From Fimbriosthenelais zetlandica (taxonomy: Eukaryota), in NCBI GenBank assembly GCA_977030845.1, contig OZ365116.1:14198001-14262000 (forward strand): a stretch of DNA of 64,000 bases. The letters are read 5' to 3'. Shown here piece after piece: positions 23,694 to 35,876 of this stretch. How positions within the stretch are numbered: position 1 is the stretch's first letter; every line of letters starts with the position of its first letter. Under the pieces are notes generated by a model. That model did no database searches, was not told the origin of the DNA, and was given only the letters and a program-made list of their open reading frames with translations. The position numbers were made by a program, and so were the translations under genes.

Positions 23694-25309
23694 CAATGGA
23701 CCTCTGCCTCCCATACGCGACACAAGCATATAAGAAGCGTCTGTGCAGGTTACCTTTGTCTCAAACTGAGGCTACAGGTGCGCGAGGCCATCTATATAGG
23801 TCACACTGCCCTATTTATGACAATGCTCCCAGGTCATAGAGATATACTTTATGGCCTAGGGATATTTTTTTCAATTGAATTCTAAGCGGCCTTCCATGAA
23901 TCTTTTCTAAATAGAGAAAAATGGATTTCCAGACGCGCTGAATGCTCAGGAGGTTGAATAGAGAAAGACCTCACAATAGATATTTAAACACATGTCTAGA
24001 TCAATGAGAGATTTCAATAGTATTCTACGAGGAGTAAATAATATCAGTATGCGCCATATTGTAAAGTCTGAAGGTAAATATTAGGCGCCACATCAACATC
24101 TTTTGTACTCTATATTGAAAGCCCAAAGCAATTTCCTGTGCGCATGTGTTTCAAATCCCACATTAACCAATACAAATAAAATATTATTAATATTCGGAGT
24201 TCTCATTAATATTTGTTCCTATAGATTCTATATTTTAAGGTATAATATTAATTTGACTCAAGAAAACATGCCAACAATACTTAAATTCATCACATCGATC
24301 AAAAAACGAAATATTTAAATTATAAGAGCTTATGTTTCTCTTTGTATAAGGTTAAATGGGTGTATGCTCATCGTACAAGTGATTATAAAAGTTGCACCTC
24401 ATTTTATTCCCTGTCTACAGCCAAAGCCCCATCACTCAGGTGTGGCCAAGTGAATATCCTTGTATTGGTAGGGATAATCTGAGTGGATTAGTAGCGGATT
24501 AGCACCTGTTTATCCCCCTAACCGTCGTGAATATCTCAATATTTACAGAGGAGATGCTACTCGGGAGGAGGTGAGGCATGGGGGAATAGGTAAGACAGCC
24601 AGGAGGGGGCGGTATAAGCTGCTATAAGTGAGTGGTAAGACCGGGGTGCTGTCCTTAAATCCAATGTTATCTTTTACATATAGAATCATTCTTTGTCTAA
24701 TCTAACTGGATGGTGTTATTTAAGCCTTCATACAGCACAGCTATAACAGTTCACGTGTCATATACTTCACCTACATTCCAGGATAAAACAAGTGCAAATA
24801 TTACCTACACTTTCCCAGAACAAAACATACTTCCCGCATCAAATGCATCTGCTATTTCCCAAACCCATTCCACAATAAATTAAAATATTTTGATGACATT
24901 CATCCCTAAAAACTTTTCTAATGTTTAAGATCAAGATTTTTAAAAATCTAGGGTAAGTTGACTTAAGGAGTGTGATATTTGTAACGAGGAAAACTACATT
25001 TTTTGGGTAGATTGAAGTGTAAATCTATACCAAACCAATTTGTCAGTACATGTAGAAAATAACATGTAGAGAGATACATAATGAAGCTCTGCCACCTCCC
25101 TCACTCTTCACACACACCTGCTGCCTCCCACACCCACCCACCACCAAGTCACACCCGTCCTGGCGAGCCATGTTTTCACAGCTAATCTGCCTCACAATAC
25201 GAGCTGTTGGGAACGGACGAGAAAAATAAATACTCTCCCCACAAACGTTTTGTAACTGCCATATGGCCTGCATGATGAACGCAAATCATGTGACAATGGT
25301 TCATGAGTA

Positions 25310-25500
25310 CTCTCAAGTTAATGTGTGAATGCAAAGATGAAAAAAATCATCAAAACATTTACTGATATATCAGTAAATTCTAGGAATGTTATCCACATAC
25401 CTGGTACTATCGTATACGATAACATTCCCAGAATTGTCTGATATATCAGTGAATATTTTTGGGAATGTTTCATCTTTGCATTCATACATTAACTTGAGAG
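25310..25500. mobile_element. 191-bp foldback MITE, probably Tc1/mariner-type (TA TSD)
   Basis: 33-bp terminal inverted repeats with 32/33 identity (25310-25342 and 25468-25500). Inner 37-bp inverted arms with 33/37 identity (25357-25393 and 25418-25454). 24-nt central loop. TA on both sides (25308-25309 and 25501-25502). Confidence 0.8.
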
Positions 25501-25677
25501 TACCACACATAATACATAGCCCTCTCAGAACTCGTTCCAGTTGCCTCAAGGCCTGCCATGCAGCATAACCATCGAGTAACCCCTTTCTCCCTATCTCTCT
25601 TAAAATTCCCTCCCACCCTCCAATAACCCCTTTCATACCTGTCCCAGAGGCTATACTGAGGTCTCATCTCTATATAA

Positions 25678-25717
25678 GTGTCAATCAATTGCTTTGTGAG
25701 TGTCAATCAATTGCTTT
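25678..25717 (+). repeat. 18-bp direct repeat, period 22
   Basis: gtgtcaatcaattgcttt occurs twice. Confidence 0.85.
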
Positions 25718-25739
25718 CAGAGGCGTGTTCTTTTGATCT

Positions 25740-26170
25740 TTTTGACGCCGACCTCGGAGGGGGAGGCTGGTGGAGGCTGGAGGAGGCTGGATGCTGGAGG
25801 GATTGTGAGATCCTGGGACCTACACAGGAGGTAGAGAATAACTGGCGGGGAGAGACAGGCTGAAAGGCCGGCCAGCTGTTGGGGGAGGAAATTGATGTAT
25901 TTGAGGGTGATTGTGAGTGGGGATGGGTGGAGGCAGAGTGTATAAATGTGTGCCAGTGAGCAGGAAAGTCAATGTGGGGAGAAGAGAGAGAGAGATACTG
26001 GGAAAGGAGGAAGACAACTAAGAAAGGAAAGGGGAGGATGGAAGGAGAAAGGAAAGGTATAGAGGAGTGGAATAGCCCAAACCAGATGAAGGCTACGAGA
26101 TGAAGGAGTGAGAAGGAGAGATGGAATGGAAGAATGAAGGGGATAGGGAAGGGAGAAAAGAGTATGTCAG
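25740..26170 (+). repeat. Long G/A-rich low-complexity tract
   Basis: About 430 bp dominated by purines, for example aagaaaggaaaggggaggatggaaggagaaaggaaagg. Confidence 0.7.
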
Positions 26171-29100
26171 TGGCAGATATTGGAATAAATCATTTACCTA
26201 GAAAGCTAGTCTATGCCACCATAGGTGTGACCCATTCAAGATAGTCTATCATTACACAAAACTAAGTTTTCCATCGCTGCAACTATTTGTGATTTTCACT
26301 GGCTTAATTGCCAATTACAGCTCACCCACACCCTTCTGCTCACCTCCATTATGAAAACTGATCATGTTCTGTTTGATTTATCAATTCATTGATCGATCTA
26401 GAGTCTGTAGAGTGTGTTCTATCAGTTATAATTAGATTAATTAGCGCTCTAATGAGAAGCAAACAGTGAGCAGCGGATTGTGGGCGCGCTGTGGTGGTTA
26501 GTTCAGTCACTCATGTATGGTCATCATCCATCACATGTCATTGGTGTGGTGGGTGTGGATGGTCACCTCGATTATCGCCCATCAGTGCTAACCATATGGT
26601 TTATCATGTTAAAGGGGGTGAGGGGAATATTCAATTCATAGCTAATGAAAATGATGGGGTGGAAAATAGAGGCTATCAATAAGAAGTGTGAAGATTCAAC
26701 AGTTAAAAATACAAGAATATCATAATTGAATCGACAGGTGAATCAACATATTGATTTATGTTTAAAGGGAGAGGGAAGTAGATAATCCAATAACGTGTGC
26801 ATACTGAGCAAAGATAGGCGACTATTTGTCACGCATCATATAAATTTAATGAATGTTACATTATTACATTCAAGTTATTGGTTATTACTCCCACCGCTTA
26901 CACCCACCACCATGGCTCCCCCACCGCCGACCACCCAAGGTGATTTGCTAATATTTCCCCCTAATGTTTATTGCATGAGAAATGCCTGCCCGGGCAGGGA
27001 TGGCTTATTGATTATGATTATTAGTTATTGATACGGCATCAAAGGCCTGACCTCCACGGTTGGCTGACCAGGCCAGTGGTGCTGGCGCCGGAACCGGAAA
27101 TAGCAGTCTGGAATGATGAGATCCATCTGTTAGCACCCGCTCCAAATGCCTCTTCTTATACTACTACCCTCTCTCACTCTCATCTCTCGCTTTTCTAGCA
27201 TTTGATGAAATTTTCCAGGTTCAATAAATGTAATATGGAAACGAATGAAGAACTCCAACATTTCTACAATCCCATGCCATTTATTTATGTTTAAGAAGTA
27301 GACTTATGTTGTCATTTTCCCTCAAATCGACCTCACCATTTCAAGGACTACCCCTGAGCCCCCCTATACTCCCTGGCATGTGTTCCTCTCGCCTCACCCC
27401 TACACCAACCTCAGGGGGTCCAGTGTGCCCCCAGGGCCCTCCCACGGGAGTGGCTGACTGGGAAATTAGAGTATTGTAGGTTAGTCAATACTGATACGAG
27501 CAGACGGTGCCAAGTTTAAATAACATGGACAGTGGGACCTGCTGGCTAGAGGTGCACAGGTCTTCATATCAGCCCTACAACAATGCATTGATAATTGTAT
27601 TGATTCTCATGATTCAACCCTAAAATTATTCCTTATACTTAAATATTTCTAATTAAGAATATGGGTAAAGAATATGGGTGAGTAATTGAGGAAATTGCAA
27701 GGAGCTCCTCGAGTGGAAATATTGATGTTGTGAGGGTAATGGGACTGCCTGGAGCAACTCAGCAGATGTCTTGAGTGGAGGTGTGGCCGTATAGATTACA
27801 TTTACTTTGATTTCTATTACTCGCCAATAATTATTCCACAATGACAATTCCGATTCTGTCAGGCGGGGGCCTGCTATCACCAGTCACGGCGCCCCGCTGA
27901 TCATCATTATGATTTACACAAAGGAGAATGGTGTGAGAAATGCTTCAAATTATCACCACCCCCGCCCCCTACCACCGCTCCCCTAACACACACCCTCATA
28001 TAATAGCACCCTTCCTTTTCAATTTTATGATGTTCATGGTCAAATGAAAGTGAAAACCTCTTCCTCAGGAATAAACGAAAGGCATGAGTCATGAATTGAT
28101 TGCCTCCAATATTTCCTCCAGCTATTGGCAGGATGCGGCATGAATGCGCAAACAGGGAGGAACAAAAGTGAACCTTTATAAACAATGAAACCCCCCACCA
28201 CACTCCCTCTGTCAATTTCGGCTTGGTGAGAAATAAAATGATGAATATATTGGTTTTTGCTTTGAGAACCTGAACGGTGGAGCAATGCCTTAAGATGGTC
28301 ATATTTGTGTTGGCATATTTCTATGTATTGATCAGGGATCGATGCCTATAGGCGGGCTGTAGGTGATGAGAGGGGGTGGGTAGTGGACTGGTCGTTGGTA
28401 ATTGGAGAGCCCCTGTCGCTGTCTTCACCCATCTTCTCTCCCCCTTTCATCCACTCAGACCCTCCCCCGGCCAGAATCAATCCCCAAAATCATCATGTGA
28501 TGCGGCCATGAGATCTTCACAAAAACATAATCATTTACACCTACTCATAAAGGAGCAGAGGCTGGATTCAGCCGATTCTCACTTCAGGCGAGGTGTACAT
28601 ATGAGGGAATCGGTTGTAGTGGGAATTTCTTGGTTTACAATAATGATATGCAACCGAAGAAAAATGATATATACTGTACTATTTGATATAATATTTTAGT
28701 ACACTCCGACACGTTTCTGTGCTCTATGCCCATTCACCAAATTCTGTATTGCGCCCCAAAACCCTGAATCTCATAGAGCATGCATTCTCATACCAACCCT
28801 TTCCATATTCTCTAATTGTTGCAATAAAACACATATAGGAGTATGGGTGGCATTGGTAGATGGCCAAATTGCCACTGAAACCTACAAGTCTCATGAGGCC
28901 AACTCCATGACATACTAAGTGTGAGTGGGAGGAAAAAGAACAAGTCTTTAATTTCCTCTCAAGCTCTTTGAAAACAGGTATTACACAAAGGCCTTTTATT
29001 GCGCAGCTTCTTCCACGTATTGTGCAGGAGGAACATGCTTTTGTATGACACTTCCATGAAGAGAACAATGCGAGAATGACTTGAATAGGCGATGGAGGTT

Positions 29101-31931
29101 TTAGCTGAGAACTATCCTATATATGACATGATAAAAGGCGAGTATGAGGGCCCCTGTACGAGTAACAAAGAGCGCCAGAGATTTATTTCTGGATACCAGG
29201 GTCCCTGATGGCAGAGAATGGGTCATGGATGGATGTATACAGCATCCAACTGTATATATCTGCCTTATTTGATACAGCAAAAACGCTTCTCTCATACAGA
29301 GAAAGAAGTACATTGATTCTATAATACAATAGAAATTGTATTTTAATTGTTTCATAAATATTTTCTACTCACAAGAGAGTTCGTGGAAAATATATTTCTG
29401 CATATATTTTTTCATTTAATTATTTTATTCTAACCGGGAATAAAGGAGAGAGAATTTTGTCCAAAATATTTCTGCGGAATTCCCAGGTCAGGCATTTTCG
29501 ACTGCTCCTTGGAAAGACCCTCATAAGTGGTGAAGATATTGGGAATGTGTTTGTGTTGGTGAAAGAGAAGGAAGTGGAATGAATTCTCAAGTCATCAAGT
29601 ACAAATGCCAAGAAGAATACGCCTCGCACCTCGTGGGCGGGACTGTGTGAGGAATGATAAACAGGAAGTGTTGGAGCGCTGGATCCCCCCACTGTGACTC
29701 CACGCCACCAGTTACTGGGTTATGTGAGAATGAGGTGAGGGCAATCCATATGTTATCATGTAACATGATACAAATGAAAAATCCTAAACAATCCTCGTTC
29801 ATGATAATTCATCACCAAAACATGGAATTTATACTTGACCAATAGAGTAAATGATTTTAGAGAAAAATATGTTTTCTCTGGTTAAATGATGTAAAGTTTT
29901 AACATAGGAATTCCCTGCTGGAAGGCATATGGAATATACCGAGTATCATGCATGCACTGAACCTCCAATAACATGCATGTATAACTTCATACCCATGACA
30001 TGCACGGTAAGGCTCAGGAGGGCCTTTATATCCTCACCATAATACCAGGCTTCATGTGGTGAGATGTGGGGATGTATTCAGGGTTAGATCATTGCCTGGT
30101 AGGTGGTACCTTACACTAGTATCAGGGCTATCTCACATGAGTAATTCCCACATTTTGTCCCATTTTCAATACAGATATATATGGTACCAAGAAACCTCCA
30201 AATTCTCAACTATTTTAAAAGGAAAATATCCCTACAGCTTGAAGGTTATTCATTGTAATAACACCAGACAAAGATAAATTATGTAAGACTGATGCTGTAG
30301 TCACCTCAGGACTAATTGCTTTATGTGTGTATAACTAATCTCACACAGGCTTAGTGCCCGAGGCCTGTATATGGGATGATATTGTGAGATGGGGGATGTG
30401 GGATGGGGTAGTGAGGTCACTCATTTCTTATCACACATTCAACCAACACCTGTCTATAGCCTCGAGTGTTTGTCAGACAAGGATATACTGAACTCGTTTT
30501 TGAATATTTATACATAAAATATATAAAATCTCCATGGACCTATATTAATATGCAGTACTAATCCTGAAAGAATTCAATTGGTTCATAAAGTTGATACAAT
30601 GCTAACATAATTTCTCAGGGGATTTGGGCCCCTATGGTCCGGTGCTATACGGCCTCCTCTGATTCTATGTACATGTACAATGTTTGTTAATCACATAGTA
30701 ACATGTATGGCATACTCTATTACAGACATGTGTATATGTATGGTGGGTAATATTATGCTTGGTATTCACACACAGGGACTTCATATGATGGATGCATGTC
30801 GGGGGAGTCTTTGATGTGATCATATATCTAAACAATGGTCTCTATTTGTTCAGGATCACTGAGGGCTCTTCTGAGGTTCTCCCATGAATCAATAGTCAAT
30901 GTAAGCTTATAAGTTTTGAGAGCAGAAATTTAATGAATGGAGCCATATTATATGTCGAGGAATCATCCATGGCATAATACAATGAAAGGCAAAGAAATAA
31001 ATTCCATAAAATATAGATCTAATATGAACAACATATGAAAGGAGCAAGGTGCCACTGTCCAATGCAACCCAAAAAATAATATATAGATCTAACTCCAAAT
31101 GACACTCTAATTCACTGATGTGCCACTTTCGTTTGGACATATAAATTCGAGGCCATGTAAAAGGACATGGCTATGAACAACGGTGACGGTGGATTAAATT
31201 TTCATGGTTTATGTTTTGGTCTAGTCATGCGATGGCACCATTAAGATCAATAGACCACTCAGTGGCATTCAATATACACTAAATACATTCAATTAGGATC
31301 TAATCCAACTCTTGTGAATTTATTTCCATGTTTCAATGAACACCACTTCCAGGGGGGAATTGGGTATGACTATTTTATGTAGTCCATAAAAAATGGCATA
31401 AAACGCTTTTAAAAAGCGAGGTTTGTATGGAGTACAAAATGGAGGAATAAAAATAAATTGTTTGGCAACATACAAACACAGGAACTTTGGCACAAAACAC
31501 ATGTGGTTTTGAAATGGAAACTTGGGGGAGTTTTTGTTGGGTTGATTTGAAACAGCTCCGGAAAGGTTGAATTAATTCTACTGCTTGTAACCAAAAAGCC
31601 ACAGACCACTCCCCTTCAGTGGAGAGAGAAACCTGAACAGTAAAAATCAATTATCTCCCACTCAGCAGACAGTCCTTTTGAAATAAGTCATAATTAGAAG
31701 TCAGTCTTAATCAGAGAATTAACAAACAAGTTTATAAAAAGTCAAGAGACCCGAGGAAAGGGACAGACAGGAGAGAGAAAAAATACTTTGAAATTTCTAC
31801 TTTGACAACAAACTGATTAAATCAGTGTGGAGATGTAAGGCCGAGTGGCCTGGAGGTAAAACAAGAGTGATTTCATTAATTTGTGAGTTGATCATTCTAT
31901 TGATTGAAAACATTAAAAATAAAACATCTAA

Positions 31932-32275
31932 CTGCTAATCTGGATAAGAGAACTGAAGTTATGGTGTTGGTCAGAATATATCAGTTCGAAGCGTTGTAAA
32001 AACCTGGATTCAGAACTACTAAAATTTCTATATGAGGCATGTTATGTTATAAGTCTTTAAAGGCTTCAGATATCTCTAACAAAAAACAAATTTTCCAAGA
32101 GTAATTTTGATTATTGTAACTAGAGTGGACAATGTACCTCAACTTTTATTTTGTATTTCTATCTAACTGATATATTCTTATTCATTGTTAAAAAAAAAAA
32201 AAAAAAATACCCTGTAAGTGTTCTGAAAGTTTAATAAATGCACGTCCTCTATGAGGGGTGGAAAGATAAAAAAAA
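31932..32275 (+). mobile_element. 344-bp 5'-truncated retroposed insertion (L1/Tx1-type machinery) with 17-bp TSD
   Basis: AAAAATAAAACATCTAA at 31915-31931 and again at 32276-32292. Left junction is catt|aaaaa (TT/AAAA endonuclease site). A 42-codon open frame starts at the first inserted base (31932-32060). A18 at 32190-32207, AATAAA at 32233-32238, and a final A-run at 32268-32280. Confidence 0.75.
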
Positions 32276-33645
32276 AAAAATAAAACATCTAATTAGGATA
32301 AGATTAAAGAGTAGAGGCGGTTGGTGGTGACAAGTATAGGCTTGGAGCCTCCAGGTGATTATAGGGAGTATTGGCATTCAGTGGATGTAGTATATGACAA
32401 GTTGGATTTGTATAAGGGTTTAGTATGGGATTTCAATCCTAGCCAATATCTCATTTCTTTCTATTCCATCTTGAAAACTTTTGGCTGGGAGATAGTCCCT
32501 TGTCTGCACACATAATAATACCAGCCCCCCTCCCACCCATCCCCATCACCTGAGGCCCAACATGCAGGTTCTTAAGCACGAGTTGAAGCCTTTGAAGCGA
32601 GGGGCGCAGCCACCACAACCCCCAGGCCTGTGGTTGTGCAGCAGCTGAGTATCAATAGGGGGCAAAACTGGCCACGAGGCCGGGGTGAAAGGTCAGGGGT
32701 AATATAGGGGCAATTCACACTCACAGCCATATGGGCCCAAACCCACTACATGCTACTCAGAAATTCAATTAGAAATGGCTCCAAAAATGTCAGGATTGTT
32801 CATTATTTACACTTCAGAATTTTGATTTCTGAATTTGAGAATTGAAATTGAAAGAAGATACAAGTCATTTTAAGACTGCTGGGCAACTGTTCTTTCTCGG
32901 AGAAACAAGCGACAGGTGAAAATGTCTGCTGAACGCCCCACTTGGTCATTGGCTTCACCCACTTGGTCGGGAGCAGGGAGAGGAGGGTATTAGCCCCAAC
33001 TGCCTGGTGTGGTGGTACAGCAGCAGAGCCAGGGGGGTCATGGCCTGGCGATATGAACTGTGGATAAGTGAATCACAGACAATGTGAGAAACCAAGCGTG
33101 AAGAGGATAAATAGGGCCTGTACAAGGCTTATCACGGTACAGGGGTCCGGGGTAGGGGGCGGCGGGGGTAATTTTCATCTGACTCTCTTTCTGATTAGCT
33201 TTTTGATGCTCGTGGCTAATCAGTTGTGAATTACTGAGTGCAGAACATGGTCCAAGGCCAACAGCTCTCCTACAAATATCTGCCATTTCAATGTACCGTG
33301 CTATCAATATTAGTGTGGATTAACAAGTGTGGCTAATAAATCCACAATGTCCTATCAGATATCAATTCCTCTATGCTGCTCAGTTAAAAAGTCAATCGAT
33401 TTGAGAGGAAAGTATCTGTTCCTAATGTGTTATAATAATATATGAATGAATTATGATATATTAATATTAGAGGAGCGGGAGTTGGTGGGAGACTGGTTTC
33501 TTTGTTTAGGACGTATGGTGGTGGGTTGTAGGGAGTAGAGGAGAGGGTGTATGGGGGAGCAGGTGGTTAGTCCAACCATCCATCACCCCTACCCCACCCC
33601 CCACCTATACACCATTCACCACACCTTTGTCAACACCCACCTCAC

Positions 33646-33778
33646 CTTTTTAACCATCAGTATACCTCTTTCCGTTATCAAACTCGGGCTAAGTCTCCCC
33701 TTTACATCCCAGGGGAAATCTCTCTTAATGGTGGAAGGTGGGGTTTTTTTGTATGGCTTTTTGAAGCTAAATGAACAT
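33646..33778 (-). CDS. Candidate 133-nt exon (CSFSFKKPYKKTPPSTIKRDFPWDVKGRLSPSLITERGILMVKK), phase 2-0
   Basis: Acceptor cactcccctcag and donor AAG|gtgagg, with an open frame. No phase-compatible upstream exon found. Confidence 0.25.
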
Positions 33779-34008
33779 CTGAGGGGAGTGGCTGTTTTGT
33801 AGAGATGATAATAGAGAAGGATGCTACAGTTCAATGGGTGGTTTATAACAGATGGGAAGGTGTGAAGATGGGGTGTCAAATAGTTACACTCTGGCCCATG
33901 GAGGTGTGAACGGACAGATTTAATTTGTGGCTTCCCTGTCCTTTCATCCCATACAAATGTTCAGATTTGTCAACTATCAATTTTACCATTATATCCCAAA
34001 TGCCTTCT

Positions 34009-34203
34009 TAGGGTTCCCAGCATTTCATGAAAATATAATTCGCTGAGTTTTCCCTGATTTTTTCCTTAACTAAGCCCTTAAATTCCAGGAGATATTTTAG
34101 CCATATGAAGCATTCTGGACTTCAACTTCGGATTGTAAAAGCTGGAAAAGTTGAAATTCATTTTCAAGTATTTCGCTGATTTCCAGACTCAGTGAGAACC
34201 CAT
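34009..34203 (+). mobile_element. hAT-like MITE, copy 2
   Basis: Begins tagggttcccag and ends gtgagaacccat (imperfect GGGTTCCC-type terminal inverted repeat). Core aattccaggagatattttagccatatgaagca is shared with the other copies. No intact TSD. Confidence 0.7.
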
Positions 34204-35598
34204 AACCAAAATCTCTTCCTATATATATTCCATGCCTATTTTACTTTACTCTCTCCTCGCCTTTTCGCCCTCTTGTAGTCGCACCTGGGAGATAGTGAAC
34301 CTAGAGAGGCTTACGGCTAATCATGTAGGGAGTAGAGAGCCACTGAGTCTCTCAGCCCTGGGCCATGAGTAGCACCTAACACAGGGTGTTTAATGATGAA
34401 TCAAAGGCAGAGATGCACAATGCTTCATAAGGCCAGGCTTAAGTCAACACCTGGGGTAACATAGAGAGAGGAGAGAGAGGTGGGGGAATGGCTGGCGGCT
34501 TAATATGATTCACAAGATAAACACAGAATCAGACTGCCGGGCTGCACATTACGTAAGGTTATCTCAGTGCGTTTAAATGCTTTTTGTCGCAATAATTTGC
34601 GGTATTGTGTGAAAGGTAATTCCTGGCATTATTCTAGGTATTATCGGAAAAATTACACTTTTATGAAGGTGTTCAGGAATGTGAACATCCAAATAGGGCT
34701 GAACATTCATTGTATGGTAAACTGAAGGATGGTTCCAGCTTTTGTGGATGATGACATTGTCTTCAAATCCTGCCTTTTACATGCACTGCTTACCCCGTCA
34801 AACTTGCACAATGCTTCATAGGTTCAGATATGTAATAGGATTGACTGTAGAGTCTAGCCATGGCAGACCTTTGAGTTTGATTTGACAGTAGGTTGGACCT
34901 GTTGGAGGTAAGATATGGGACAGGGGGTGGCTTGGTTCAATGTGAATCACCAGATAAATATGTAATCACAAACACAGGGAGCTGCATTATGACCGGGGTG
35001 AGCTTGGTACACCCCTCTGATCTTCCAGTTTAATCTTCTTCATTCCAGGTACCCCAATCCCCCTCATCACTGCCATCCAGGTCTGGAGAATTTTTAATTT
35101 CTTTTAAATTCAATAATCGCCTATTCATGCAATACTTCATGTTCAGTGCACCAGTCAGTGGCATTTTCCCCATGCTGATTTAGCACAATATTTATATTTA
35201 ATATGAAGGGTCATGGAGCAAGTCTAGCCAGCTCCTACAGTGAGCGGGTGGAGGGTGATTGACATATTGTCCCACATTACATCCCTACCACAATACACAT
35301 GCTGGTAATAGTTCATGGATATAGTCCAATCATGGATAAATGACGGAGCTTAGCCATGATTCCACTACAAATATATCACTTACCCAGCATGATCCCGGGA
35401 TATATTAGCCACAGCTTCACTCTATTATCACCCAATGATATCATAAACCATCCCATATATCAATCACAGGGGAGCTAAAAACCCGGGTTTTATGATGAGG
35501 GTAGGGGGTGCTGTACTAAGGGGGCTTACAGCTAAGCTTTGGTGAAGAAGGGAGCTGAGTATATCAACTCAAGTTGGATCATTTTAACGCCTATTTCT

Positions 35599-35876
35599 TT
35601 ATGATTTAATTATTATAGGAAATATGGAATTTTATTATAGGAAATATGGACACATTCCTAATATATTAATTGGAGAAAAATCTTCTATGTTGGCAAAACC
35701 CCAACCCATAGGGTATAAATAATCATGGATCTTTCGTTATGATTTAATTATTATAGGAAATATGGAATGTTATTATAGGAAATATGGACAGATTCCTATG
35801 ATATATTAATTAGAAAAAAATTTCCTATGTTCCTATGCACAACCCGAACCCATAGGGTATACATGATCCTGGATCC
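35599..35876 (+). repeat. Tandem duplication of a 138-bp unit, each unit containing an internal 19-bp repeat
   Basis: Units 35599-35736 and 35737-35876. Each has ttattataggaaatatgga twice and ends aacccatagggtat...ggatc. Confidence 0.9.

Noticed and set aside
28990-29330. Plus-strand frame with several in-frame TGA codons (possible selenoprotein or recoding)
   Set aside because: TAA and TAG stops occur in the same frames, no SECIS-like structure was seen, and there is no recognisable homology.
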